DNA from: a bacterium
GTDB taxonomy: Bacteria > Patescibacteriota > Saccharimonadia > Saccharimonadales > JAUPVS01
Direction of reading: 5' to 3'
DNA length: 64,000 nt
Assembly (NCBI GenBank): GCA_029780855.1
Contig: JAKOXV010000013.1
Span: 28,873 to 92,872, forward strand
The stretch's first letter is position 1. Each line of letters starts with the position of its first letter. Positions 18,417 through 27,978 of the stretch are shown here, piece by piece. The translations under genes and the position numbers were made by a program. Under the pieces are notes generated by a model, which did not search any database, was not told where the DNA came from, and was given only the letters and a program-made list of their open reading frames with translations.

Positions 18417-19598
18417 ATGGCAGATTTTGACCGAAGCAAGCCACACGTAAACGTGGGTACCATGGGACACGTCGACCACGGTAAAACCACCCTTACTGCA
18501 GCCATTACTGCGGTATTAGCTAAAAAGCTACCTAGCGACGTAAACAAGCCGATCGCCTATGATCAGATCGACAACGCACCTGAAGAAAAAGCTCGTGGTA
18601 TTACTATTGCTACTTCTCACCAGGAATACGAAAGCGAAAAGCGTCACTACGCTCACGTCGACATGCCAGGACACGCTGACTATGTGAAGAACATGATCAC
18701 CGGTGCTGCGCAGATCGATGGCGCTATTCTTGTTGTTGCTGCTAACGACGGTCCTCTGCCACAGACCCGTGAGCACGTACTACTTGCGAAGCAGGTTGGT
18801 GTACCTAAGATCCTTGTTTTTATGAACAAGATGGATCTAGCTGACCCCGAGCTCGTAGAACTTGTAGAAATGGACATCCGTGAACTGCTCGCTAAGAACG
18901 GTTTTGACGAAGACGCTCCAATCATTAAGGGTTCTGCTACCAAGGCGCTTGAAGGCGATGCTGCCAATGAAGACGCTATCATGGAACTTGTTAAGGCAAT
19001 GGATGACTACATTCCAGAACCTACACGCGACCTAGATAAGCCATTTATGATGGCTATTGAGGACGTATTCTCAATCAAGGGACGTGGAACCGTAGCAACT
19101 GGCCGTATTGAGCAAGGTATCGTTAAGGTTAACGACGAAGTAGAAATCGTTGGTGTACGTGATACTAAGAAATCAGTAGTAACTGGTATTGAAATGTTCA
19201 AGAAGAGCCTAGACCAAGGTCAGGCAGGTGACAACGCTGGTATTCTTTTGCGAGGTATCGAGCGCGACGACATCGAACGTGGTCAGGTTATTTGTAAGCC
19301 TGGTTCTATTACTCCACACACTGAGTTTGACGCCGAAGTCTATATCCTTACAAAAGAAGAGGGTGGTCGACACACTCCATTCTTTAAGGGTTATAAGCCA
19401 CAGTTCTACTTCCGAACAACGGATGTAACGGGTGAAGTTGAGCTTCCTGCTGACAAAGAAATGGTTATGCCTGGCGATACTGTTTCTTTCAAGGTTAAGT
19501 TGCTCGCTCCAATTGCCATGGAACAAGGTGTTAACTTTGCTATCCGCGAAGGTGGCCGAACCGTCGGTGCCGGCGTGGTAACCAAGATTACCAAGTAA
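18417..19598 (+). CDS. tuf: Elongation factor Tu
   Basis: 393 aa with [17 protein letters not shown] and NKMD motifs. A strong SD (agaggag) lies upstream. Confidence 0.98.
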   Translation: MADFDRSKPHVNVGTMGHVDHGKTTLTAAITAVLAKKLPSDVNKPIAYDQIDNAPEEKARGITIATSHQEYESEKRHYAHVDMPGHADYVKNMITGAAQIDGAILVVAANDGPLPQTREHVLLAKQVGVPKILVFMNKMDLADPELVELVEMDIRELLAKNGFDEDAPIIKGSATKALEGDAANEDAIMELVKAMDDYIPEPTRDLDKPFMMAIEDVFSIKGRGTVATGRIEQGIVKVNDEVEIVGVRDTKKSVVTGIEMFKKSLDQGQAGDNAGILLRGIERDDIERGQVICKPGSITPHTEFDAEVYILTKEEGGRHTPFFKGYKPQFYFRTTDVTGEVELPADKEMVMPGDTVSFKVKLLAPIAMEQGVNFAIREGGRTVGAGVVTKITK

Positions 19599-19615
19599 GT
19601 AATCTTCTGGTACTT

Positions 19616-19649
19616 AAAAGAGCTCGGTATACCCGGGCTCTTTTATTTT
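19616..19649 (+). terminator. Rho-independent terminator after tuf
   Basis: An 8-bp stem (gagctcgg / cccgggctc, one G-U) with a 5-nt loop, then ttttatttt. Confidence 0.7.
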
Positions 19650-19757
19650 ATGACGTATTATTGTACAATTGCTCGGTACATTAATCGTGGTGACTAAAAG
19701 TCGTTGCAGTTGTTCTCTATAGCACTGCAAAGATGTTACATCACAAAGGAGCATAAA

Positions 19758-20090
19758 ATGGCAGAAGCCAAAAAAGCCGAAACCGGCAAACAGCGCATTC
19801 GAATCCGTTTGAAGGCGTATGATCATAAAGTAATAGACCAGTCCGCGAAGCAGATCGTTGACACTGCAATCCGCACCGGTGCAACAATTGCGGGACCAAT
19901 CCCATTACCGACCAAAAAGACCACGTATACGGTCATTAAAAGCCCACACGTATATAAGAAGGGTCGAGAACAGTTTGAAATGCGTATTCACAAGCGCATC
20001 ATCGATGTTTTGGAGCCAACCCCCAAGACAATTGATAGCCTCATGAACCTGAGCCTTCCTGCTGGTTGTGACGCTGAAATAAAAATGTAA
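19758..20090 (+). CDS. rpsJ: 30S ribosomal protein S10 (uS10)
   Basis: 110 aa from ATG 19758 (SD aaaggag 6 nt upstream) with typical uS10 sequence ([15 protein letters not shown]). The track ORF start at 19704 is an upstream extension. Confidence 0.96.
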   Translation: MAEAKKAETGKQRIRIRLKAYDHKVIDQSAKQIVDTAIRTGATIAGPIPLPTKKTTYTVIKSPHVYKKGREQFEMRIHKRIIDVLEPTPKTIDSLMNLSLPAGCDAEIKM

Positions 20091-20115
20091 GCTGACGCTT
20101 AACTAAGCTGAACCG

Positions 20116-20146
20116 AAAACCGCCTCAGATGTAGGCGGTTTTCTTG
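20116..20146 (+). terminator. Rho-independent terminator immediately after rpsJ
   Basis: Perfect 8-bp stem aaccgcct / aggcggtt with a 7-nt loop, then ttttcttg. An A-run lies upstream, so it may work in both directions. Confidence 0.75.
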
Positions 20147-20155
20147 TGGTAGAAT
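20147..20155 (+). promoter_or_regulatory. Extended -10 element (TGgTAGAAT) 7 nt before ATG 20163
   Basis: There is no SD between the -10 and the start codon, so the predicted mRNA is leaderless. Confidence 0.4.
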
Positions 20156-20162
20156 GTAGGTA

Positions 20163-20432
20163 ATGGCTAAAACAAAAAAGAAGACCCAAGACAAAGAAGT
20201 TGATTCGATATATTTCTTAAAGCTGGTTATGTACCTCATACTCGGCTCGTTTTGGCTTAGGCTGGTTTTTGTGTCGGGTTTACAGCTTCCTCTCCCCATA
20301 GGACTGATAATTGGACTGTTATTTGCCTCACGAGAAAAGTTCCAGATTGACCGTAAAATAGAGTATGCGTTGCTTCTTATAGCAATGTTTGTTGGGTTCT
20401 GGCTCCCCATAGGAATAAATATCTCCTTCTAA
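20163..20432 (+). CDS. Hypothetical small membrane protein (3 TM helices)
   Basis: 89 aa with a Lys-rich N-terminus followed by three hydrophobic segments. It sits between rpsJ and rplC. Confidence 0.55.
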   Translation: MAKTKKKTQDKEVDSIYFLKLVMYLILGSFWLRLVFVSGLQLPLPIGLIIGLLFASREKFQIDRKIEYALLLIAMFVGFWLPIGINISF

Positions 20433-20487
20433 AACGCACATGGTGTACTTGTTGTGGTGATGTATTATTGCTTGATTGAGGAGTACT

Positions 20488-21171
20488 ATGGCGCAATACG
20501 GAAATGAATTTGAACCCCTAACTAAAAAAGAAATAGTAAAGGGCTCGGTAAAGGCCACACTTGGCGTGCTCGCCGTTGCGGCTGGGTCTTATCTGGTTCT
20601 TGCAAATAATTATGTTGATATTCTTGGAGATCGACCTGGGCAAAGAACTGCCGATGAAGCTGCAGAAATTGCCCAAGAAACGTATAACCAGACCTTTGAT
20701 TCTCTTAGTCCAGCAGATAAGTTCACGCTTCAATATGGCGGAAAGACAACAATGAGAATCGATTACGCACCTGGAGGAAACGGTATACTCGGAATGATTG
20801 AGCCTGATAATGATTACCGAGTGGAATACAATAACGGCTGTCTCGCTAACACTGCGTATGATATAAATGGTGGTTCGTTTACGTTATCTGTAAGTGGTCT
20901 ATTCTTTCACGTCGAATCAAAAGGAGAGGTTCCAACTGCTGCAGCATATGCGGAAAAAGACCAGGAAAATCCAGACGTAGTTCATATAATCTCTGGTAAT
21001 TCTAATTCAATTAACTTGAACTTTAGTGGCGTATCGTCACACGAACTAAAGCCCATGGACGAAGAGACAAATCGAATACTTGAAACCTATGGCTGCCAGG
21101 TTGGAATGTCTGGACCAGAGTTGATGAACGCATACTATTTCGACGCAAGAAGCATCTACAATAGCTTGTAG
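20488..21171 (+). CDS. Hypothetical signal-anchored/secreted protein
   Basis: 227 aa from ATG 20488 (GAGGAG 4 nt upstream; the track start TTG 20476 overlaps the SD). One N-terminal TM helix (ATLGVLAVAAGSYLVL) precedes a Gly/Asn-rich, beta-type domain with 2 Cys. Confidence 0.6.
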   Translation: MAQYGNEFEPLTKKEIVKGSVKATLGVLAVAAGSYLVLANNYVDILGDRPGQRTADEAAEIAQETYNQTFDSLSPADKFTLQYGGKTTMRIDYAPGGNGILGMIEPDNDYRVEYNNGCLANTAYDINGGSFTLSVSGLFFHVESKGEVPTAAAYAEKDQENPDVVHIISGNSNSINLNFSGVSSHELKPMDEETNRILETYGCQVGMSGPELMNAYYFDARSIYNSL

Positions 21172-21184
21172 AATAAACAACAGC

Positions 21185-21212
21185 TTGACAGAGGTAGCGG
21201 TTTTGTAGTAAT
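21185..21212 (+). promoter_or_regulatory. Putative promoter of the rplC...rplO block (TTGACA-16-AGTAAT) with a ~130-nt leader
   Basis: Perfect -35 hexamer at 21185-21190. Called by eye. Confidence 0.4.
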
Positions 21213-21341
21213 CTGTTACGGTATATCAAGAATTGAGTACACCATGAACTTGGTGAGTTAGCAAGTCTACAGAGGTAGAAACTGCTGAACACCAAGACTT
21301 TTCATGCAATGTCTCATAAACAATAGAGGTAAAAAGACGCT

Positions 21342-21953
21342 ATGAAAGCATTAATCACCCGAAAGGTTGGCATGACCAGTACCATCGCTGAAGACGGTAC
21401 AATGACTGCTATTACCTTGCTTTCCGCTAGTCCCTGTACAATTACACAGGTTAAAACCAAAGAATCTGACGGCTATACTGCTGTGCAGATCGGTTTTGAA
21501 GAAGACAAAAAGATGGGTAAAGCCCAAGCGGGACATTTTAAAAACGCTAAGGTACTACCAAAGATTGTGCGCGAAATCCGCATTGAAGAGATCACCGAAG
21601 ACCTCAAAGTTGGCGAACAGCTAACGGCCGAGGTCTTTTCAGTTGGTGACCAAGTAGCGGTTACCGGAACAAGTAAGGGTAAAGGATTTGCCGGAACTAT
21701 TAAACGACACAATTTCCATCGCCAGCGCAAAACGCACGGTGGTAAGGGTAACACTCGTAAAGTCGGTTCTATCGGCTCTATGTATCCCCAGCACATTTTT
21801 AAGGGAAAAAAGATGGCTGGTCAGATGGGTAATGAACAAGTTACTGTCAAGAATCTCAAAGTTGCCCTCGTTGATCCAGAACTTAATGTAATTGGTGTTG
21901 TTGGAGCCGTTCCAGGTCCACGTAAAGGCATCGTAGTGGTACGGGGAGAATAA
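21342..21953 (+). CDS. rplC: 50S ribosomal protein L3 (uL3)
   Basis: 203 aa with uL3 sequence (KGKGFAGTIKRHNF). It occupies the conserved S10-cluster position. Confidence 0.98.
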   Translation: MKALITRKVGMTSTIAEDGTMTAITLLSASPCTITQVKTKESDGYTAVQIGFEEDKKMGKAQAGHFKNAKVLPKIVREIRIEEITEDLKVGEQLTAEVFSVGDQVAVTGTSKGKGFAGTIKRHNFHRQRKTHGGKGNTRKVGSIGSMYPQHIFKGKKMAGQMGNEQVTVKNLKVALVDPELNVIGVVGAVPGPRKGIVVVRGE

Positions 21954-21954
21954 T

Positions 21955-22593
21955 ATGGCTGTAGGAACATACACTAAAACCGGCGCAAAAGCTACAACCG
22001 CTGCAAAGCTAGACAAACAAGTGTTTGGCGTAGAAGTAGCAAGCCATGATTTGCTTAAGCAAGCATACGTTGCATACCTTTCTAACGGTCGCGTGGGAAG
22101 TGCTAACGTAAAAACTCGAGGTCTCGTAAGTGGTGGTGGTCGCAAACCTTGGAAACAAAAAGGTACGGGTCGAGCACGTTTTGGTAGTATCAGAAACCCA
22201 ATTTGGCGTGGTGGTGGAATTGTCTTTGGTCCAACGGGCGAAGAAAACTATACACATAAAATGAGCACCAATTCTAAGCGATTAGCTATTCGTCAGGCTC
22301 TAAGCACCGCTTCTGAGGCTAACAAGATTTCTGTAATTGAAAGTTTTGAAGTAAAGAGCGGCAAAACGACAGATGCTGTAAAACTATTGCAAAAGCTAGG
22401 TGCGGATCGCAATGTTCTGCTGGTTGTAGAACAAAAGACTCCAGAACTTATCCGGGCAACTAGTAATATTCCATACGTCAAAGTTGTACAGAGTAAGTAT
22501 GTGAACGTGTATGACGTTTTAAATGCCAATAGTATCATCCTGACCAACACAAGCCTTAAAGAAGTCACCGAATGGCTGAAAGGAGCTAAGTAA
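21955..22593 (+). CDS. rplD: 50S ribosomal protein L4 (uL4)
   Basis: 212 aa with the GGGRKPWKQKGTGRAR motif. Confidence 0.98.
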   Translation: MAVGTYTKTGAKATTAAKLDKQVFGVEVASHDLLKQAYVAYLSNGRVGSANVKTRGLVSGGGRKPWKQKGTGRARFGSIRNPIWRGGGIVFGPTGEENYTHKMSTNSKRLAIRQALSTASEANKISVIESFEVKSGKTTDAVKLLQKLGADRNVLLVVEQKTPELIRATSNIPYVKVVQSKYVNVYDVLNANSIILTNTSLKEVTEWLKGAK

Positions 22594-22961
22594 TGAGTAA
22601 GTTCATGCCCCTAAAGCCACGTATGAGTGAGAAATCATTTGGTATGAGTAAAACTGGTATATATGTTTTTGAAGTACCTAAGTCAGCCAATAAAATGACC
22701 ATTGCCGAAGCGGTTACCGATCAGTTTGGCGTTACGGTTGAAACCGTGAATATCGTGGTGAGCAAAGGTAAAGAAAAGCGAACATACAAGCGCGGTGGGC
22801 GACCAATTATCGGATACGATAACGATGTTAAGAAAGCTTACGTTCGTCTTAAAGAAGGTGCTCAGATTCCTGTATTTGCCGCAATTGAAGAGGAAGAAGC
22901 TCAGGAGCAGAAAGCAGCTGAAAAAGCAGCTAAGAAAGCATCCAAGGAGGAGAAGAAATAA
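22593..22961 (+). CDS. rplW: 50S ribosomal protein L23 (uL23) with Glu/Lys/Ala-rich C-terminal tail
   Basis: 122 aa; the start is coupled to the rplD stop. The tail reads EEEEAQEQKAAEKAAKKASKEEKK. Confidence 0.96.
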   Translation: MSKFMPLKPRMSEKSFGMSKTGIYVFEVPKSANKMTIAEAVTDQFGVTVETVNIVVSKGKEKRTYKRGGRPIIGYDNDVKKAYVRLKEGAQIPVFAAIEEEEAQEQKAAEKAAKKASKEEKK

Positions 22962-23797
22962 TGGCTATTAAACAACTACGCCCTACTACTCCCGGTCAGC
23001 GCGGTATGACCACTCAAGACATGAGTGAGATTACCACAAAGAAACCGTTGCGCTCGCTTGTCGTTATCAAGAAGCGGGTTAGTGGCCGAAACAACCAGGG
23101 TCGTATTACTACTCGTCATCGTGGTGGTGGTGCCAAGAAGTTTTATCGTATTGTTAATTTCCGCTTAGCTCCTGGCACAACTGCTACAGTTGAGCAAATC
23201 GAATATGATCCAAACCGATCAGCCCGCATTGCCCGTATTAAAGATACTGACAATAACTACCACTACATTATTGCTTCAAGCAATATGAAAGTTGGTCAAA
23301 AAATCGTTAGCGATGAAGAGGCACCGATAGAAAACGGCAACCGTCTACCACTAAAGAACATCCCAGTAGGTAGCGTTATTCACGCTATTGAGTTACAGGT
23401 AGGAAAGGGAGCGCAGATGGTTCGGTCAGCTGGGGCAAGTGCTCAATTGGCCGCAAAAGAAGGTGAATACGCACAGATAAAACTGCCTAGTGGAGAAGTC
23501 CGTCTGGTACACATAGAGTGCATGGCAAGCCTTGGAGTAGTCGGTAACGTGCAGCACCAAAATATTAAGGTTGGTAAAGCTGGAAGAACTCGTAAAAAGG
23601 GCATTCGCCCAACCGTACGTGGAGTTGTCATGAACGCTGCTGATCACCCTCATGGCGGTGGTGATGGTGGACGTCACCGTATGGCAAGGGCTCCAGTTAC
23701 GCCTTGGGGTCAGAAGACCCTGGGTTACAAAACCCGTCGCCGCAAGAGTAGTAATAAGTTTATTGTAAGAAGCCGACATGCGGCTAAGCGAAGATAA
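22961..23797 (+). CDS. rplB: 50S ribosomal protein L2 (uL2)
   Basis: 278 aa with the HPHGGGDGG motif. Confidence 0.98.
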   Translation: MAIKQLRPTTPGQRGMTTQDMSEITTKKPLRSLVVIKKRVSGRNNQGRITTRHRGGGAKKFYRIVNFRLAPGTTATVEQIEYDPNRSARIARIKDTDNNYHYIIASSNMKVGQKIVSDEEAPIENGNRLPLKNIPVGSVIHAIELQVGKGAQMVRSAGASAQLAAKEGEYAQIKLPSGEVRLVHIECMASLGVVGNVQHQNIKVGKAGRTRKKGIRPTVRGVVMNAADHPHGGGDGGRHRMARAPVTPWGQKTLGYKTRRRKSSNKFIVRSRHAAKRR

Positions 23798-23810
23798 GAG
23801 GTAGGAAAAT

Positions 23811-24086
23811 ATGAGTCGATCACTGAAAAAAGGACCATTCGTAGATCCAAAGCTAACCAAGAAAGTAGGCGCTTTGGGTGCTGAAGACCGTACCATTATT
23901 AAAACATGGGCACGATCTAGTACCGTATCTCCTGATTTTGTAGGAAAAACAATTGCCGTTCACAATGGTAAGGTCCATGTCCCTGTTTTTGTAACTGAAA
24001 ATATGGTTGGTCACAAGCTTGGAGAATTTGCTCCTACCCGCAAGTTCCGAACGCACGGTGGCAAGCTCGCGAAAGGTAAGAAGTAA
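23811..24086 (+). CDS. rpsS: 30S ribosomal protein S19 (uS19)
   Basis: 91 aa starting [12 protein letters not shown], with [10 protein letters not shown]. Confidence 0.98.
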   Translation: MSRSLKKGPFVDPKLTKKVGALGAEDRTIIKTWARSSTVSPDFVGKTIAVHNGKVHVPVFVTENMVGHKLGEFAPTRKFRTHGGKLAKGKK

Positions 24087-24496
24087 TGAGTGTCAAAGCA
24101 GTTGCTAAAGGTGTTCGGATGAGCCCTCGGAAAGTTGGTGTAGTAGCTAGCCTAGTACGCGGTCGTAGCGTTGCTGATGCACTGACTATTCTTAGTCATA
24201 CGCCTCGACGTTCGGCTGTGCCGGTACGTAAAGCGATTGAAAGCGCAAAAGCTAATGCGGATCATAACCATAATCTTAAGGCGGATACGCTTCAGATTGT
24301 GGCCATTACGGTAACGCCTGGCGTACGGTACAAGCGGTATCGCCCTGCTGCGCATGGTCGTGCTTTACCTTTTCAGCGTCGAACATCACACATTACTGTA
24401 GTAGTTGATGGTGAAGCTCGTGCTCCCAAAAAGCCAGTACAAGCTAAAACGGCTGAGCCAAGTAAGAAGCCGGCTGCAAAGAAGGAGACTAAATAA
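24086..24496 (+). CDS. rplV: 50S ribosomal protein L22 (uL22) with Lys/Pro/Ala tail
   Basis: 136 aa with a uL22 core and a basic C-terminal tail. Confidence 0.97.
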   Translation: MSVKAVAKGVRMSPRKVGVVASLVRGRSVADALTILSHTPRRSAVPVRKAIESAKANADHNHNLKADTLQIVAITVTPGVRYKRYRPAAHGRALPFQRRTSHITVVVDGEARAPKKPVQAKTAEPSKKPAAKKETK

Positions 24497-25125
24497 TGGG
24501 ACAGAAAGTTAATCCAATTAGCATGCGTCTCCAGGTTAATAAAGACTGGCGAAGCAAATGGTTCGTTGGTAAAAAAGAGTACGCTACGTACCTCGCGCAG
24601 GATTTAGAAGTCCGCAAACTTATTCAGAATAAGGTTGGTTCACGTGGCGCAATAAACAAAGTTGATATAGAGCGATCACCCAATCTTGTTACTGTGACAA
24701 TTGCCACTGCGAAAGCTGGTGTTGTGATTGGACGAGGTGGATCAGGCGCTCAGGAGCTTAAAGCTGCTATCGAAAAGATTTACGGCGTACCTGTCCGAGT
24801 AAATATTGAAGAAGTTAAGAAACCTGAACTGTATGCCAAGCTCGTGGGTGAGAACATCGCACATCAGTTAGAGCGACGCATTTCTTTCCGACGCGCAATC
24901 AAGCAATCTGCAGCAGCTACGATGCGTGCTGGCGCTCAAGGCATCCGCATTGAAGTTTCCGGACGATTAAACGGTGCTGAAATGTCACGCCGCGAAAAAG
25001 AAGTCCAGGGCAGTGTACCATTACATACTTTGCGAGCAGACATTGATTACGCCCAAGTAAAAGCTCAAACAGTTGCCGGTATCATCGGTGTTAAGGTTTG
25101 GATTTACAAAGGAGAGGTAAGCTAA
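24496..25125 (+). CDS. rpsC: 30S ribosomal protein S3 (uS3)
   Basis: 209 aa with a KH domain and the [10 protein letters not shown] motif. Confidence 0.98.
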   Translation: MGQKVNPISMRLQVNKDWRSKWFVGKKEYATYLAQDLEVRKLIQNKVGSRGAINKVDIERSPNLVTVTIATAKAGVVIGRGGSGAQELKAAIEKIYGVPVRVNIEEVKKPELYAKLVGENIAHQLERRISFRRAIKQSAAATMRAGAQGIRIEVSGRLNGAEMSRREKEVQGSVPLHTLRADIDYAQVKAQTVAGIIGVKVWIYKGEVS

Positions 25126-25126
25126 T

Positions 25127-25540
25127 ATGTTGATACCTAACCGAACGAAACACCGAAAAGTACGTAAAGGCCGAATCCGTGGCGTTGCTACTGCTGGGAA
25201 CACCATTGCGTTTGGTGAATTTGCCCTACAAGCACAAGGTCACGAACGAATAACCTCTCGCCAGATTGAGGCCGCTCGTCAGGCGATGACCCGTCACATT
25301 AAGCGTGGTGGTAAGATTTGGATTAGAATCTTCCCTCATACCCCAGTTACCCGAAAACCTCAAGATGTAAAAATGGGTAGCGGTAAGGGAAATCCAGAGT
25401 TTTTTGCAGCCAAAGTAAAGCCAGGAACAATCATGTTTGAGATGCAGGGAGTCCAAGAAGATGTCGCTCGTGAAGCGATGCGCCTCGCTGCACACAAACT
25501 ACCGGTAAAAACCAAGTTCCTAGTTCGGGAGGAGGCATAA
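25127..25540 (+). CDS. rplP: 50S ribosomal protein L16 (uL16)
   Basis: 137 aa starting [16 protein letters not shown]. Confidence 0.98.
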   Translation: MLIPNRTKHRKVRKGRIRGVATAGNTIAFGEFALQAQGHERITSRQIEAARQAMTRHIKRGGKIWIRIFPHTPVTRKPQDVKMGSGKGNPEFFAAKVKPGTIMFEMQGVQEDVAREAMRLAAHKLPVKTKFLVREEA

Positions 25541-25544
25541 CACC

Positions 25545-25745
25545 ATGAAAATTATCGAAATCCGTAAACTGACCACTGTACAACTCACCAAAGAAAGTAC
25601 AAAGCTCCGAGAAGAAATTGCTGAGCTTCGTCGCCGTACCCATATGGGAGAAGTACAGAATAGTAAAGTTTTACGTAATAAAAGGAAAGATCTCGCACGG
25701 ATGCTAACCGTATTGAGCGAGCAACTCGCAAAGGAGAACATGTAA
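25545..25745 (+). CDS. rpmC: 50S ribosomal protein L29 (uL29)
   Basis: 66 aa, helical, in the conserved position. Confidence 0.93.
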   Translation: MKIIEIRKLTTVQLTKESTKLREEIAELRRRTHMGEVQNSKVLRNKRKDLARMLTVLSEQLAKENM

Positions 25746-26011
25746 TGGCTAAGACATTAGTTGGTACTGTTTCATCTGACAAGGCGGATAAGACGATTGT
25801 AGTTACGGTAGTAACGCGCAAAACACATCCTATTTATAAGAAACAGTACAGTGAAGGTAAGAAGTTTATGGCGCACGATGAAAAGAACGAAGCGCAAGTT
25901 GGCGACAAGGTCTCAATTGAGGAAAGTCGACCGCTTAGTCGTCGTAAGCGCTATGTTTTGAAAAAAGTTATCGAACGTCCGCTAATTCGCGATGAGGGAG
26001 GAGACGAATAA
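25745..26011 (+). CDS. rpsQ: 30S ribosomal protein S17 (uS17)
   Basis: 88 aa with [14 protein letters not shown]. Confidence 0.96.
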   Translation: MAKTLVGTVSSDKADKTIVVTVVTRKTHPIYKKQYSEGKKFMAHDEKNEAQVGDKVSIEESRPLSRRKRYVLKKVIERPLIRDEGGDE

Positions 26012-26379
26012 TGATTCAGCAAGAATCTCGCCTTACTGTTTGTGATAACAGTGGTGCTCGTGAAATCCTTTGCATCCGTGTTCTTGGCGGAACGCGTCGT
26101 CGCTACGCACGTGTCGGCGATATTATTGTCGCTACCGTGAAGGTTGCGAACCCGAGCGGAAATGTTAAAAAGAAGTCAGTTGTTCGAGCCGTGGTAGTTC
26201 GTACTCGCAATACGATTAAGCGAAAAGACGGTTCAAGTATTCGATTTGACGACAATGCAGCGGTAATTATCGGTGAAGATAAGCTTCCCCGGGCTACGCG
26301 TATTTTTGGTCCTGTTCCCCGAGAACTGCGTGACCAAGGGTATGCGAAAATTATCAGTCTTGCTCCGGAGGTACTGTAA
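26011..26379 (+). CDS. rplN: 50S ribosomal protein L14 (uL14)
   Basis: 122 aa starting [18 protein letters not shown]. Confidence 0.98.
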   Translation: MIQQESRLTVCDNSGAREILCIRVLGGTRRRYARVGDIIVATVKVANPSGNVKKKSVVRAVVVRTRNTIKRKDGSSIRFDDNAAVIIGEDKLPRATRIFGPVPRELRDQGYAKIISLAPEVL

Positions 26380-26711
26380 TGAATAAAACCGTGTACAAGA
26401 TTAAACTAAGAAAAGACGACACCGTTGTTGTTCTAAGTGGTAAGTATAAGGGAAAAACTGGCAAGATTGTTGCCGTACACCCTGCTGAAAACAAGGTTAC
26501 TGTTGAGGGAATCAACGTTGTCAAAAAACATCAGAAGCCAAACCGTTTGCACCCTCAAGGGGGCATTATCGAAATTACTAAGCCAATCTGGGTTTCAAAA
26601 GTTGCGATCGTTGATCCAACCAGCAAAAAACCAAGTCGCATAGGTATGAAAGTAGATAAAGATGGTAAAAAGGTACGGATCGCTAAGAAAAGTGGAAAGG
26701 AGATCAAGTAA
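26379..26711 (+). CDS. rplX: 50S ribosomal protein L24 (uL24)
   Basis: 110 aa with KOW motif GDTVVVLSGKYKGKTGKI. Confidence 0.97.
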   Translation: MNKTVYKIKLRKDDTVVVLSGKYKGKTGKIVAVHPAENKVTVEGINVVKKHQKPNRLHPQGGIIEITKPIWVSKVAIVDPTSKKPSRIGMKVDKDGKKVRIAKKSGKEIK

Positions 26712-27289
26712 TGGCTACTGCAACAAAGCAAGTTACCGCAACCACCCGTCTGAAAAGCCAGTATGTTACTAAGATAGCTCCGGCATTACAGAAAGAGCTT
26801 GATCTTACAAACCCCCATGAAGTGCCTCGCCTAGAGAAAATCGTTATAAACGTTGGACTCGGTAAAGCTAAAGACGATAAGAAACTTATGGAAGTTGCGA
26901 CAAATACGCTGCGAAAAATCACTGGCCAGGAACCTATCCAGACTACTGCACGCATGTCCGTAGCTTCATTTAAGTTACGCGAAGGAAACAAAATTGGCCT
27001 CAAAGTCACACTTAGAGGTGAAAAGATGTACGAATTTGCTGATCGTCTGATAAATATTGTTTTGCCACGGCTACGTGACTTTCATGGTGTGAGTGCAAAA
27101 GCATTTGATCGGCAAGGAAATTACAGCCTCGGTCTGACCGAACAATCTGTTTTCCCGGAACTGAGTTTTGACGAAACAACCACCCCTCACGGGATGCAAG
27201 CAATATTTGTGATTAAAGCTAAAGAACAAGCGCACAGCCGAGCATTATTGGAAAAGCTAGGTATGCCGTTTGAGAAGGAGGCAAAGTAA
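26711..27289 (+). CDS. rplE: 50S ribosomal protein L5 (uL5)
   Basis: 192 aa with typical uL5 sequence. Confidence 0.97.
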   Translation: MATATKQVTATTRLKSQYVTKIAPALQKELDLTNPHEVPRLEKIVINVGLGKAKDDKKLMEVATNTLRKITGQEPIQTTARMSVASFKLREGNKIGLKVTLRGEKMYEFADRLINIVLPRLRDFHGVSAKAFDRQGNYSLGLTEQSVFPELSFDETTTPHGMQAIFVIKAKEQAHSRALLEKLGMPFEKEAK

Positions 27290-27290
27290 T

Positions 27291-27560
27291 ATGGCTAAGA
27301 AATCAATCATTGCCCGCGATCAAAAACGGCAAGCCATGATTAAAAAATATGCTGCTAAGCGGGAAGAATTAAAGAAAATGGGAGACTACGAAGGTTTGCA
27401 CAAACTGCCACGTAATTCATCTCCAACTCGTTGGAAGAACCGCTGCATTGAAACAGGTCGTCCGCACGGCTACATGCGACAGTTTGGTTTGAGCCGTATT
27501 TCCTTCCGAGAACATGCAAGCAAGGGAGAAATCCCTGGTGTAACGAAAGCGAGCTGGTAA
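27291..27560 (+). CDS. rpsN: 30S ribosomal protein S14 (uS14), long non-zinc form
   Basis: 89 aa from ATG 27291; the track ORF start at 27270 overlaps rplE. There is no CxxC pair. Confidence 0.93.
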   Translation: MAKKSIIARDQKRQAMIKKYAAKREELKKMGDYEGLHKLPRNSSPTRWKNRCIETGRPHGYMRQFGLSRISFREHASKGEIPGVTKASW

Positions 27561-27564
27561 AGAG

Positions 27565-27966
27565 ATGAGTATGGTTTCTACAGATCCAATTGCAGACATG
27601 CTAACACGCGTTCGTAACGCCATTAATGTACGGAAGAACGTAATCCGATTGCCACACTCAAATGTTAAGGAATCGGTTGCTAAGCTGTTGAAAGAAAATA
27701 ATTTTATTGATGATGTGAAGGTTGAAAAAGCTGAAGTCGGCAAGACTCTCGTTATTACCATTAACGGGGAACAAGATAACGCAAGAATTACTGAAATCGT
27801 TCGCTTAAGCAAACCTGGACGTCGTATCTATGCAAACGTAAAGGCAATCCCTACCGTTAAGCGCGGTCGAGGTATCGTTATCGTCTCTACTTCTAAAGGA
27901 GTAATGACCGGTGATAATGCCAAGAAGCAGCAAATCGGTGGTGAATTAATTTGTAAGGTTTACTAA
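27565..27966 (+). CDS. rpsH: 30S ribosomal protein S8 (uS8)
   Basis: 133 aa with DPIADMLTRVRNA. Confidence 0.98.
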   Translation: MSMVSTDPIADMLTRVRNAINVRKNVIRLPHSNVKESVAKLLKENNFIDDVKVEKAEVGKTLVITINGEQDNARITEIVRLSKPGRRIYANVKAIPTVKRGRGIVIVSTSKGVMTGDNAKKQQIGGELICKVY

Positions 27967-27978
27967 GGAAAGGTACTC

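Noticed and set aside
18152-18547. 131-aa minus-strand ORF in the fusA-side spacer that overlaps the tuf start
   Set aside because: It runs antisense to the tuf 5' end and promoter region. It has no SD and no recognisable sequence features. It is most likely a chance ORF in AT-rich spacer.
21188-21278. 10-nt direct repeat acagaggtag (21188-21197 and 21269-21278) in the rplC leader
   Set aside because: It is a single short repeat pair, and one copy overlaps the -35 region. It is too short to distinguish from chance, and no associated structure is evident.
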